The notes below the pieces were generated by a model that was not told the DNA's origin, made no database searches, and was given only the letters and a program-made list of their open reading frames with translations. The position numbers were made by a program, and so were the translations under genes. A stretch of 64,000 nucleotides of DNA from positions 14,694,001 to 14,758,000 of the forward strand of contig CM120640.1 of the NCBI GenBank assembly GCA_051362555.1. Reading direction: 5' to 3'. Below, in pieces: positions 36,915 through 50,409 of the stretch (position 1 is its first letter; every line of letters starts with the position of its first letter). Source of the DNA: Lingula anatina (lineage: Eukaryota; Animalia; Brachiopoda).

Positions 36915-39655
36915 AGATAGCGCCAGAGAGTGGCAGGGTAACGGGTGGTAAAACATCAAAGAAACTTCCCCTCACGTCCAGCAGTGAGAAGGTTTCAACT
37001 ACTGGCAAGAAAACTCCTAGTAGCGATAAACACCCTCCAACCTCAGGGCCTGGACGGCGGACACCCGCTACCACCCCAAGTGGTGATAAAGGAATACCGG
37101 GGAGTGGCAAAAAGACCCCCAGCGCGGACAAACCCCCTTCGGCGAGAAAAACACCGGCTTCCACCCCAACGGAAAAGAAAGCGCCTCTTGGCGGACGACG
37201 AACCCCAGCTACGACCCCTAGTGGGGAATCTCCAACCAAGAAAGCTACCGTGCGAAAGGCGGGGTCCATCGAGGCACTTCACTCGGGGAAAAGAGCAGGG
37301 TCTATTGAGGGTATAAATCACCAGGCAGCGAAAAAATTAGGTTCTACAGAAGCGATCCATAAAAATATGGGTACATGTGCTAGTACTAAAGCTGCAGGAG
37401 GTTCTCCGCGGATAACCCCCGCCAATAGCCTTAACGCACTGGCTCCCCAGAAAGCGCCGCCGAAAGAAAAACCAGCTGCAGAAGAAAAAGAAGTTTTGAA
37501 AGAGGTTTTAACAACCGAAGAGCAAGACAAGTTAGAAATGCAAGCCGAAGGGATTTCTTTATCTTCGGAAAGTGTGCCTTCTGATCGTGAAGAGGAGTTG
37601 GAAAAGCTAGAGATCATAGAAGATTCGGACAGAATTCCTGATTATTCCGAAACAGAACAATCTGGCGTGTCCTCTGCAATAAATAACAACACCTGTGAAA
37701 CAAACATTCCAGCTGTTGAATCGACAAATAGTGAAAGTGATAAAAGAGATGTAGAAATAGTACCTGAAAATGTATCCGAGAAAGAGACAGAACAAATCCC
37801 CATCCCCATTGAAAAACAAGAAAACATCGGTTCTGCAGCACCTGTTTCAACTGCAGATGAAAACATTCATTTAGAGACTCAAAATGACATTAAAGAGGAA
37901 CAAAAAGACAACGATTTTAAAGAGGTCCCATTGGACACTGAATCCGAAGAGACCGTTTCTCAATCATCTGATAAGCAACAAGTGACTGAAGTTACAGAAG
38001 TAAGTTGCACAACAGATACAGAGGCAGAGAAAGTAGTTACAGAAGAAAAGCTAACGAAAGATGAGCAGGACAGCGGACAGACAAAAGACGAAACTACGGA
38101 AGATGAAACCAAAGTAGGAGAGCCAGCAAAACAGCCTGGCAATTTCACTGATGCGACTGAAACAAGTGCCGATGATAAAATAAATGTGCAGAAGGATGAT
38201 TCGGGAGACAGTAGTGAAAACAGATCTAAGGTCGCAGAAGAAGAATTAATACGGTCTTTGAAACAATTAGAAGATTTAACAGTTCAAGCAGCAACAATGG
38301 CAGCGGCACTAGGACAAAAGGTCGAGGACCAGGATGAAGGAACTCCGAAATCAAGTTCTACAGAAAACACTAATCTCGAATTAGGGTCTGAGTATGAACA
38401 ACCAAACAAAATGGAAAACGCCAACCTGGTAACAGAGGCAGAAATCCAGCCGCAAAACGAAATGGAAGCGTTAAATGAAGTGGAGACGAGTGTCGCTGGT
38501 GCTGCGCCAGCGGATGCCTTCGTTGCAACAGGTGAGCCGGCTTCGACTCCAGCTGTTGAGAAAAACCAAGAAGAACGCAATGTACCAGATGATGAACATA
38601 CTAAGATGAATATTGCTTCAACAGAGGTGGCGCAGCAGGTGGACCCTACGCCAGGTGAAGTTAAACAAAGCGAGCACTCTGATACCGTGGTTACACCACA
38701 GAAACAGACTACCGAAATTCAGGCCCCTCAGCTAGTAAGACAAGAAGCGGTCGATTCCGATTCTACGCCAGCAAGTCCAGGACCGACAACAAAAGAAACC
38801 CCAGCAACCTCTGAAACAATAAGAAACCGGTTAGTAGACCTCAATGAGCATTCCGAAGCCGCAATTTTAGAAACAAATATGGAGATCACATCTAATGGTG
38901 AGCAAGAGGCGAAGCAAAGTAAACCAGAAGGGCAGATTGCAACAGACGGAGAACACTTACCCAGTTCAGTTGTAGATGATAGCGCTGAAGAGAAAGAATG
39001 TATTATTACCGAGTCTTCCGAAACTATAGATGGAAAGAGTGCCCCGGTGACGATATCGGAAGAGGACATGAAGGTAGCAGCAGATACCACAGATGACGTA
39101 GCAGTTCCTCAGGTTCCTGTAGAAGAGGAGGTAGAACAGGAAGCTACCCTTACAGACGAGCCCGCGGAAATTCAAACCGGTCCGAGTGAGCCAGCACGTA
39201 TTGTCCCATCTGAAGCGATCACTGAGAATACTTTAGAACCAAAAGCTACAGAGCCTGAAAATGAAGTCAAACCAGTTAGAAGCGACAATGAGGATATTAA
39301 ATATTCTGAAGTTGAAATCGCTATTCCTGTTAACGGCGTCAACACGTCGATTCATTCAGAAGAAAAAGCCAAAGATGGAGCATCGTCCAAGCAGGCTGAA
39401 ATGCCAGTTATCATGGTGGAGGACACTATTGCCAAGTGTGAAGCAACACCTATAGAGTGCGCTGTGCCAGCAGAGGACCACGACAACGAAGCGCCAATTT
39501 CCCCTCTACAGATATACAACCGGCTTCTAGCCGTTCAGAGAGAAATGTCGACGATGCAAATTCAATTAACAAAACTGCAAAGTGCTATGCGCAATAGTTC
39601 ACATGCACTAATGGACGTTATCGAATTAACAGAAAAGCAGCTTGGCATAAACTGA
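36915..39655 (+). CDS. Large terminal exon of an uncharacterised ~900-aa intrinsically disordered protein
   Basis: Stop-free 2.74-kb frame following a pyrimidine tract and AG at 36914. Basic TP/SP-rich start, KxGS-like repeats, a very long E/D/T/S-rich middle and a heptad-like C-terminus (IYNRLLAVQREMSTMQIQLTKLQSAM). A phase-compatible candidate upstream exon is 35318-35360 (AENHGGKSQAKRPT). The start codon was not located. Confidence 0.85.
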
Positions 39656-42600
39656 AAGCATTTGAAAAACTGAATGTTTGCCCTAAAATGGTCAGTTTTT
39701 AACGGCTAAGCTTGGGTTTGGACATTCCTGTACATGTACGTGTATGGATTTTGCTTCCTCGTTTTTACGTATACTTAATTAACCTCACCTTAGTACAGTG
39801 TAGAAGTTGAATCATTGCCTCAAGTTTCCATAACAATCTTTAGCCAAAGAGTAAAGCGGGTCGACCAAGCATATAAATGTAGGGAAAGGTTAATTTAGAT
39901 GTAGGTGTATTACATAACTTTATATGTTATGTGACCCTTGCCAACCGACAAAAAAGGTGACACGTTTTTTTTTAGTACCTGATGTCCGTTAATAACAGCT
40001 AAGGCGGTAAAATTCCGTTCTAGGTAAAATCCTTCCAGGTGTTGCTTTTGTATTTCTTCCATTCATGTATGAGAGACAGAACAGTATTTTCAGAAATTTT
40101 TGATTAATTTCTGACACAGTATCTGTTTACGTAATGTGTTATGTTAGCATCGCATCTGGAGGCGCTCTTAGTCATCAGATCCTTTTTAGAGAACCAAAGC
40201 ACAGAAACATATTTCTCCTGAAACCATGCCAATTTTTTCTCAAGACATGGAAGGTCTAATCTCTTTGGATAAAAACAGCATTTATTTTATCTCAAGTTTA
40301 TTCGCCACCATGTAGTACAGTTAGCCGCAAATATCAAATGTAGGTTGTAGATGTACATGTATCTGTCTGCTGCATTTTCGTGATTTCCACCAACGATCTC
40401 TGTCATTATCCTTTAACTGATTATTATCTATTTGGATAAATTCTTTTCACTGTTTTCCTTTTTACGCTAACATCTACATGTATGCTAACTTAGCGATTTT
40501 GGTATTTGTGTAAACCGTTTTTTTTTTTGTGAATTTTAGTACTTGTTAACAAAAAGGATAAGAAATTCCTAAAGAAATTATTGCAAAACAATATTATGCA
40601 CCTTCTCAGTAAAATATAGGAACATCTTGTTTTTTTAATTTAAAAACGTAATGATTATTTTATGATTAAAACGTAATGATTATTGACAAGGTCCAAAAGG
40701 ACAGTATCGGTAGAAATATGTGTTTCTACAGTAGCGAAGACTGCGTGGATGAAGTAGGTTTGTATTTGAAAACTTTCTAAGTATTCCAAAGGATGTGACA
40801 GTAGACGTGTTATACGTATTCCCTAAAACCTTGCCATGGATAGCACACATGTAACACATGAATCATATATTAAACAGGTGCACGTTTTCAGAACTACAGT
40901 ATTCCAACTTGTAGTCATTACGTATATAAAAGTTCTTTAAACTTTATATAATAGTCAAGTATTGTTATTGTATGATGAGTTGTTTCCCAGTCATGTATAC
41001 ATTTAATATCCCTAAGAAAAAAATTGAGCCTTCAATAAATAATTAAAATAAAGAGAGAGAGAGAGAGAGAGGTTCGACGTTTTAATAACTGAGCACAAGT
41101 TAAGATATCAGAAGTAGATAATAAAGACTATTATTTGTCATTTATTATCAGATATTTGTAATTCTTCATAAAAACAAGTCAATAATATACCATGCCGTGT
41201 AGAAAAAAATTAAATCTTAAATTATATGCTTTATTACTTTACAACTTTTAGGGCCATGTCGGTCATAATTAATCAAACTTGGAACGATTATATGTGACGT
41301 CTGTCATTCGAAGTGAGGGTAAACGTACACCCCGCCGTATGTCAGATAACAATTTTGATGGTATACCAAATGGACGAAACAAGGCTTTGTTTAATAAGGA
41401 TGTCTTATGTGACAAACAAATATGCGTGCACTGAAAAATTATTATCGTGGAATCCCGCTGGGAATTCATGTTACAAATTTAATGAGCATTTTACGCCCGC
41501 AGCGTCGTACCAACAATATAAAGGGTTCGTTCATCGACGATTTGATATCGTAAACAAACACGAAGGCATACACATTTCCATTTACACTGGAGAGATGAAG
41601 GTTATTGTACGGAATAATGAGTTGAATAATTGTAATATAAACATTGATTCTTTTAAGTAGGCAGCAGATCTAGAGAGATCCTTGAATAAGCTGCATCTAG
41701 ATATTTACACATACGGTTGTTTTGCTCTAATAGGCCTACCTGTTTAATTTTTTTCACGTAAAATGAAAAAGAAAAACAAACAAACAAACATTTGAGTACC
41801 AAGTGAAAAAGACGAGTCCACGTGGATTGAATGAAAACTGACAAATTGACTGTAGGTCTTAAAATATGTGATTGTGGCAGTGAAGATATGTTCAGGAGTC
41901 TAGGATAGGACTGTGAGACTCAGCTACTAGAATATAGAAAGCACGATAACTCTTATGTTTAATTTTACCAAAAGTTGCGTATTTTAGGCACGTCATAGTA
42001 AACCATTAAAATGGTAATTATCTGTAAGGTAATTCCTCTGATAAGCGCTAATGGCATGACATAGATATTCTTTTAACAACAGTAGGCGGTGTACAGTAAC
42101 AGATTTTAATTATTTATCCACGTGTATTGGACTCTTGTTGGTTTTTATTGCACTGAACGTTACAGATGCCATTTCCGAGTAAAATGCCTAATTGCAAAAC
42201 ACACAGGACTATAATGTACTGCGTTGAAAACTCAAGGGAACATTAAACCCGATGAGTGATATTAAAAAATTATAAATATCTAGGCCTACAAAATTTTATT
42301 CAGTATATGTCTAACTTCTTTCGAATCTGATGAATAAAAAGCGAGCTTAGGGAACGCATACATCAAGTGTTAAAATATATTATCAGATGTTATCAGACAT
42401 TCTCTAAAGCGATACATGCACGGATGACTCAAGACGTAATGCCTCTGAAATTGTGTACCAACGTTTTTCCCTTTTTATTGGCGTTATATGTTATTTTGTC
42501 CATCATTTTGTTTGGCTGGAAAGCAAAAATGCACTAAGAGACTTGGCATTTTGGCAATATGCTACATGCACAAAGACATGTATATGATATAGGAGTCGTG

Positions 42601-42887
42601 CATGCCCTGCGGGAGATCTTATGCAATGTAATACGTTATGACTCTGATTTACATTACCATACATTTAAAATATGAGTCATCAATGATGTCGAACAGCACA
42701 GCTTAAGTGCATCATTCCTGAGGTCGAGAAAAAAGGCTGAAAAAGCAGAATTATTACCGTAGCCCCATCGGGCAGGTGATGGCGCGCAGCCGCAGTGTGA
42801 ACATCGCGAAGGTGAAAAAATCAGTCGTCTGCAAAGTAGGAACGCGCCCCTCAGTTCACCGTCTCCACTGCCGCCCCAGTGTAGTGG

Positions 42888-45800
42888 ATGGTGAGTAGAA
42901 AGTGAGTCACAGCATTATAATATACACGGTGAAACTAAACGTATCGATTTTTTCTGAAAAGTATCTATCCTGCACAGAGCAGAATTGGAAATTACAGACA
43001 CATTTATATTCCTGCTTATTTGCATCGAGGTTTTCGTCCTATGTTGCTAACATGGATTAAAACTCCGTCTGTGTCGGAGTAGATTTCGCGAGGTCAGGAT
43101 TTTATTACTCTAACAGTTGTTTATTTTCTACAGGCGTCATCTCTTGGAGAGATAGAAGACATAGACAACAAAGCAATGCTGGACGGTTAGTATTCTGATG
43201 TTTTTTATAATTCCCTCTGGCGTTTCATGTTATTAACGTGGATCGACTCTGTATATCACATTGCAGTTTGCTATTTTTAGCCTCTTCGTAACTGGCATAT
43301 AGTATATCTTCCTGAATTGTCTGAATAATTGTTCTGTTATTAATGTGAGTAGAAATTAAGATATGATTGTCATGCTCGGTGTTTTAATGGTTGCATGTAC
43401 ATGGTCATTTGCGTTCACGAAGTGCACCGGGCGCTGTCAGTGGACTGTGCTAGATTGTACCCCTTTGACCGCAACTTATAGAGATGCCAGCGCTATGACA
43501 GCAATTAGTCGGGGGTGAACGCGGCGTTTGCTTGGTTTTAACGAGCGCCTCTGCACAGGCAGTTCCTTAGGGAAAGTCAGCGGAGGGAGTTTTATTTATA
43601 TAAAGCATAGTTATGGCGGGCATAATTTCTCCGCCGCTGTCAGGTGTAGGGTTGAAAATACGTACAGCTGTGGTGGATATAGCTACTCTCGATAATCACC
43701 ATCTGTCGGACATATTGCACAGGCCAACCTCCTAACAATCAATAGGTCCAGGAAATATGTTTCTAAGAACTGGGCCAGCCTTTGATCTTGGGCCTTAGTA
43801 TGCTGTTGGTATTATCGTACCTGCAATCTTGTTGCGTCATAGTATGTTTTCTGGCGGTAGATTTATATGGGCTGTGATTTGCCGTAGCACTTGAGAAAAT
43901 TATGTAATCTGAAATGTATTTTCCCAGAAGTGGGAAAGTCTTTGATGTTTGAATATCTATTGGATAGAAAAGATAGATAAATGCCGATAATTATTAGAAA
44001 AATTCTAGATATAGGGCCAATTCAGGAACTTGCCCCATCAGCATCCTGGGTATGCAGCCAAAATCCAAAAGGTCTTTCTAAATAAGTTTACCCGTTAGTG
44101 GCGCAAGTTCGGATCTCTGCTTTTAAATGGGGAAACAGATAAAAAATAAGACAGAACATTACCAAGTCTAGTAAAATACCAGACCTAGATTAAGTAAGTT
44201 TGGGTAAACAGACCGTTATCCTGTCACCTTTTTGACGAATTTCTGGGTCCACAGCTGGAAACCCAGCTCTGCGAAGGCACAGGTATTCTGGGAAAAATAC
44301 ATTTCCAGTTATTACGAACGGATAGGTTCCAAAATAGCACTGATGCCTTTTTTGGGAGAAAGATAATTTGTATGTATTAAATTTGCACAGTGTTTGAAAT
44401 AACCGTGGGCCAGTGAAAATTCAGGAAGTAGGGGAAAGAGATGTGAAAGGCAGTCACTCCAATATTTAGCATTCAGTCAAAATACTGGAATCACAACCGA
44501 ACAAGGGAAAAGGTATGAATACTGCATGAATGAATCACTATATTCTGAGAAATCGTTAAAATAACGTTTTTATAGCCAGCGGAGGGGTTAAGTTGAACTC
44601 ATGGGACTGCTAGAACGATATCAATACAGCCAATACATTGGCGTAGGAAGGGTTGAGAGGTGGATGGACATTCCTTGTTTGCTATTGAATTCAAATATAT
44701 TTTAGCAAATGATTTCGAAATTCTACGACAGCCATATTCTTATGCATGGAGAGACTAGGAAGATTATTAAATACCGTTCTGTCAAACTTGAGTGAGAGCA
44801 AGCCAAGAACACATGCCCTGACATATGCTGACTGCCCTTTCTTGCCAACTTTTCACTCTCGGCATGTTTTGATTCGGAGTATCCATAACAACATTTCCTG
44901 GATTTATTATAAGGGACGTTTTAGGACGAAACAGCCTCCATCTAAAAGGGCAAAAGTTGTGGCAAATAAGAAAAATTGTGTTACATCAAGTTGTAAACAG
45001 GTCTCGAATCGAAAATACCATGCCCCAAATCAAGTTGAAATTTTACGATCGTTTTCTCTGTTGGTGGCATCAGATCGATTCAGTGGGCGATGTATTTACC
45101 AGCTTTCCAACTGCAATCTGGTATTGGTCGATGCTGCCTGACAGTACCGAAGCCTATGAAAATAGTGGCGTAAATCAATGTAAAAAAAGAGGTTGATTTA
45201 ATTAAAAGCCCATCTGGTTGTTGTATCCCACCAATGCTCATAAAAAACGGGAAGTCTTTTTGCTCTATTTTACAAACTCAGGGTCATATTTTATCTTTAC
45301 CAATCCCGATGTTTTGAATTAGACAAAGCACGTTGCATATGTGTATCTTACAATATAAAGGAAGAGATAACTAATAAGATCCTAGGACCAAATAAAGAGA
45401 ACTGTGGTCTTAAAAACGCATATTTGCAGGATATTAATTTTGATTTTGTAACACAACTTGTAGTGATGGCGAACAAGTACAAGCACTGCAAAACTTAACA
45501 ACTTGTCAAAGCCGCTAAAAATTCAATTAATTGCAATTTTGCGCAAAGCCCCGCATATTGCCGTATTAAAAACTGAAAAGAAATTCCTTATACATGCTAA
45601 CACATAAGTGCACGTAATTTTCCTCTTACGTCATGTCAGAGAGCATCTCCCGTGTCTTGGCCTCTGGCCCCTGATCTTTGTTAAATTAAGTGAGCTCCTC
45701 CCTCCCTCGTGACTGGTTGTTATTGGGTAACCTTGTATAGGGCTGAGTAATGCCGGTGTCGTGCCTTGGGGTTAACCTAGCACCTATAGTCACCAGTATA

Positions 45801-48800
45801 TGATGCATCACGCTACGGTTGTGTCATCTGATGTACATTGCTGACTTTAACTATTAGTTACTGCTCTCGATTTAAAATAAATAAATAAAAAGTGAAAATA
45901 AGCTGGGATGCTAGACAGGTGACTTCCCCCCAACCCTCCTCCTCCCATAAAAGAACAAAGCAATTATTCCTTCACAGTCTGCTCCATATTACAGCAAAAT
46001 CGTCTTCCTTTCCTATTTAGTATTTGATAATCGAAGCAAATTGAAATTGTCCATCCTTATTCCCCTATCCTCTTAGCAAGATCCAGTGTTTATCCTATCT
46101 CTTTCCAAAAAATAGGTGCGAAATTCTAGTCGCGTTTGTGCGTCGAAAAAAGATCTGTAGGATGGCCAATCCAATTACTGCGGTTCCCTTGGACTTTCAA
46201 TTTCATGAGTATACCTTTGCGTACTGATAGGTAAACACGAACGGTCCATAGGAGCCCCAGCTCTGCCAGAGTGCATGGTTAATAATAAACCTGGGTGAAA
46301 GCATAATTCGGAATTTTGCGAGATAGCTTGACGTAGTTTGGGCTAGTTTATATCTTCGGTGTATTTATTATGGCTCGTTTATAAGCCACACCTGGACATT
46401 GGTGTTGATGTTGTTGAACGCGGACGTGTACATATTTGCCAGCCAAATGTCTGGACGAGAGAGAGAACGTAAGTGTGTAAATACCCTGTTTGTTGAATAT
46501 CTCAGGCAGAGTTAAAACAAAAAAGTATTGGTACTGACTTTTGTTTGGAGTTAACGTATCCAAAACGTTGTAAACGATGTAACAGAGTCGGGGCGATCGC
46601 CTGATTTTGGTGTAGTATTTTTGGTTTATCGCTATCTGATAGTTATGAACAATTGATATATTTTAAAATAGATGGAAGATAAGAGATTGTTTAGGGTTAT
46701 TCTATAGATAGCATTACATTTATTGATAGTTGTTTTCAATTTATCACGTACGTCGATTTAACATATATAGCCGTCTTTTTTATTTGAAATAAATAGTTTA
46801 TCGTGCTATGACATACGAAATCACTTTCATGTCAGTCTTAATATTACAAATACCATTCAGATATTGCGCGAATTGGCAAAATTTTCTTCAAAAGCAAACA
46901 ATATTCTTAAAAGGAGCCACCCTTAGTTTCCCAATTATCTTTGATTGGATAACTTTCAGTTTTGTGTAAGATTGAACTTATTCTTGAATTCTCAATACAA
47001 AGAGAAGGTCAACACCCACCTGACTCGGGCGTCAAAACAAATCATAAGTAGGTTAAAAGTAAAAAAGTTATCAAACGTCGGGCACAGCAACTGCTAAAAA
47101 GTGGGAGGAAAGTGGGTTGATGGATGCGTTGGTAATAAAGCAATTTCGTTCCCATTCCCGCTGTCTAAACGCAGTAAAGAACGCTAGTAACGTAACCCTT
47201 GCACATATTACCTTACCAAACCGAATGCTGATAGAGGTAAAGAGTTGGTATTCATCACGTTTTTAGAAGTAGGTCCGATAACATATACGTTATCTGGAGA
47301 CCACAGAGAGAAAAAGGTCTAAACCATCAGCTCTAGCTTTGATCAGTTTACTTGAAGCCTGCTCTCCCTAATTGTTCCAGAGTAAGCTAATTTAAAAGGG
47401 TGAACTTTACGGATGCTAAACTTAGGAGGCAGAGGAAGTGAGGCTATGACTTACACATCCAATGGTGTCACTATATTTCATCACTGCCATTTAATGCTGT
47501 CTCTAATCACGTTCAACTTCCTCTTCACCGACCTCAAAATGCCTTTTAAAGTATATAAATATAAGAAAACAGAAACATAATAGAAATGACGCCCACGCGA
47601 AATTGTCTTCACGGGAACAAATTATACCCCTCCCCAACGCCCACAAGAAATTGTTTTCACGGGAACAAATTACCCCCCCCCCCCCCCCAACGTCGTTAAA
47701 GCTATTGTGGACTCAGATAAATAATGATTACTAGATAGCTGCCTGGAGATATTAAACATATCTGAATTTAACTGGAGATATTACGCATATATTGACCACA
47801 TCGAGTAAGACCCAGTGGCAAGACTTAAAAAGAGCTGTCATAATCGATCATCGGGCCAGGTGTCCAACCTCAGTTATGCCCCAATTCGAGACAACCAGGT
47901 TTCGCCATCTTTTTCAACAACAAACTCTTTAATAAATGTTATACCCAAGGAATTCATATACATGTATGTATACATACATACATACATACATACATACATG
48001 TATGTATACGTGTATGTTCTCTTATTTTGTCTTGTATAAATGAAATTCCATAATGGGTTTATCGGGATATAAATGTTATTCAAATTCTTTTCACTGAAGA
48101 CATTTTTATTGAAAAAGAAGGCACAATAGGTAGCTAGCGCGTCGTTCATTACCACCGTTGTTTAGAGTAGGATGTTCTTGTATCCACTTTGTTTTTGTCG
48201 CTATTTGATTGTTGCTATGCATGATTTACTGGAGTGGTTTCCTGCTGTTATGATTCTTCAGCCATTCTTTCCCCAGTGTTATTGCCATCGATTTTCGTGC
48301 TGGGTATTGGAAAGTGCACCCTGAAGATATAGTAGCAAAGCACTCGCAGTAACAGGAGTGGAATACTGACAAAACCCCGGAGAAACCGTGAGTACCGCTG
48401 CACTCAGGGTGGGCGGTATAGAGAACATTTAAGTAGGTCTAACATTGGGCTTTTGTTTTAAGGACGAAGAAATAAGCCTTGAGTGGTTCTATGACACGAT
48501 CCAGGCATATTCTTATCAATCTGTAGATTAATGGACTTGTACATATACACACATGATGGCCTTTAGGTAACGCCGAAAACACATTTAGGAAGAAAAAAAG
48601 GTTATTGGGAAGGGTTTCACCTAAAGGCTGATCAGTTTGCGCAAATGGAAGCCAATTATGCATCCTGAAATAAGGAGGCTGTATTTATGACGCTGTTGTG
48701 ATAACCCCCTTTTTCCTGGTAGAGTTTTATGAGGCTATATATTATGTATGTTCAACCAACACTTGTCTTACAACTGACAAATGTTTTTTTACCTAACCAT

Positions 48801-50409
48801 ATAAAAGATTTTTTTTTTGAAATTGCCGTCATTTGTTGACAATAATTGCCATGCTTATGATAGTGGTTATCGTACGCCTTGGTATTGAACATCTATTGCA
48901 TGTTGCAAAAGCTTCCTTCCCTAGAGTACAGCTAGAACATCCCGACTGCACTGTTGTTGTGCATTAGAGTTCAATTATACCTAATTGCTCAAGAGTTTTG
49001 GGCAGCCGTATCTGTACTTTTAACAATTTCATATAGTTTCAGCCAGATGGTAAAAAGCCCGTCATTGATACAGGCCAGTTTAGACTCGTCCTCTGTTTGT
49101 TCAAACGTGATTATTTTTATTTTATGGGCCATTTGCCATCAAATATTGTGGCGATTTAACTAGGTTCGACACAATTTCTAACCATAGGGACCAAATCTTA
49201 TCCCTTTGTTGTCCCGCCCATAATTAAGTTGCAAGTCAGAGATTCTGCCTTAAGAATTTATGTGTCTGATTTTAATTTAGTCAGGTGTGGCATAATTATA
49301 CCAGCTTTACATATTAGTTAGGTCTATGGTTACTACTCAACAGTACGCGAACGGTCGTTTTGCGTTCTTCCTAGTGGGCAGAGAGACTTATAAATGTAAC
49401 TCCACCGCTTCTGAACAAATGACTAGAATGCTAACAAGCAAAGGAATCTGAGTCGAGTGAAGTCTCCGGGTAGCGGAGGATCTGAAAGAAAAGCACCACA
49501 TTAGACGGGCGATATCGACGTAAAATTGCGTGCACTTAACTTCAGGCGCCATTGCAATTGATTATAGTTGAAAAAGATCTTTTTGGACGTTTTGATATTT
49601 CTTTTCTACGTTAAGTGTGCATATATGGATTGGCTCCACAAAAATTTGTACACGTTTGATGGAAAAGTGCAACATTTTTATCATTTGCATTTCGTTTTCC
49701 AGAGAAAATGCTGTAATTGGATACTGTTACCGTTCAAAAACGTTTTAGCGATATATGCCCATTTTAGTTAATCGATAAAAACAGGATTTAAATTTGACAT
49801 TGAAATGTTGATATATAAAGAGTTATCAAAGGTGTTTTCTATCGGTTATTAATATCTTTAGCATTTTAACAACGTAACCGATTCCACTTCCACATTTCAG
49901 AGAAGAAGGTCGTAGTAGGGAGGAAAGCAGAATTCCTCCCAGAGGCTGGGGAAAACAAGGCGTACGTACTACTCAGCTACATTTTCCCTTGCGAGGGGAC
50001 CATCCTAAGCTGGGAGTATTTCCGTAGAGACAGTGTCATAACTCCCTATGCCTGCGTATGGCGCCGCGTAGCGGAGAACGGACCGCACTGTTACATGCTG
50101 GTCGGCTACACGGAGCTCCCACCTAGTGACTCAGTGGACGGCCATCAAGTCGTCCCCATAGATCCCTCAGAGAGAATTCAAGTAAAACCAGGAGATATCC
50201 TCGGGATCTTCCATTCTGTATACAACATCCACGGTGCTGTTGCCACGGCGAAGAAAGACCAGGGCGTGGATGAGGATTTGCACTCGACCATCCTTGCAGA
50301 TGTTTACGAGGAGGACATTGACATAGGTGACGTTGTGGACTTTCAGGAGAAAAACATGACGTGTGAAAAACGATCATTTTCGATACGGGCCCATGTGCAG
50401 CCCAGTTGA
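42888..50409 (+). CDS. Uncharacterised ~187-aa predicted beta-rich protein without an obvious signal peptide
   Basis: Exons 42888-42890 (ATG then GTGAGT), 43134-43185 and 49901-50409 join in phase to 564 nt: MASSLGEIEDIDNKAMLDEKKVVVGRK...FPCEGTILSWEYF...CVWRR...YMLVG...IQVKPGDILGI...FSIRAHVQPS*. The terminal exon is GC-rich and well supported; the upstream exons are less certain. Confidence 0.75.
47957..48015. repeat. (TACA)n/(TGTA)n microsatellite
   Basis: Read directly. Confidence 0.85.
48277..48352 (+). mobile_element. Possible relic of a Ty3/gypsy-type reverse transcriptase
   Basis: Translates VIAIDFRAGYWKVHPEDIVAK, resembling the LTR-RT motif DL.SGYWQV...PED..KT. Very short. Confidence 0.35.

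Noticed and set aside
36865-39175. Multiple antisense ORFs of 60-134 aa
   Set aside because: Shadow ORFs of the long low-complexity plus-strand exon.
44746-45196. 131-aa and 79-aa ORFs inside the intron of the small beta-rich gene
   Set aside because: No recognisable domain or splice support; likely chance or decayed repeat sequence.
45640-45830. GC-richer segment resembling a SINE body
   Set aside because: No A/B boxes or second copy identifiable in the window.
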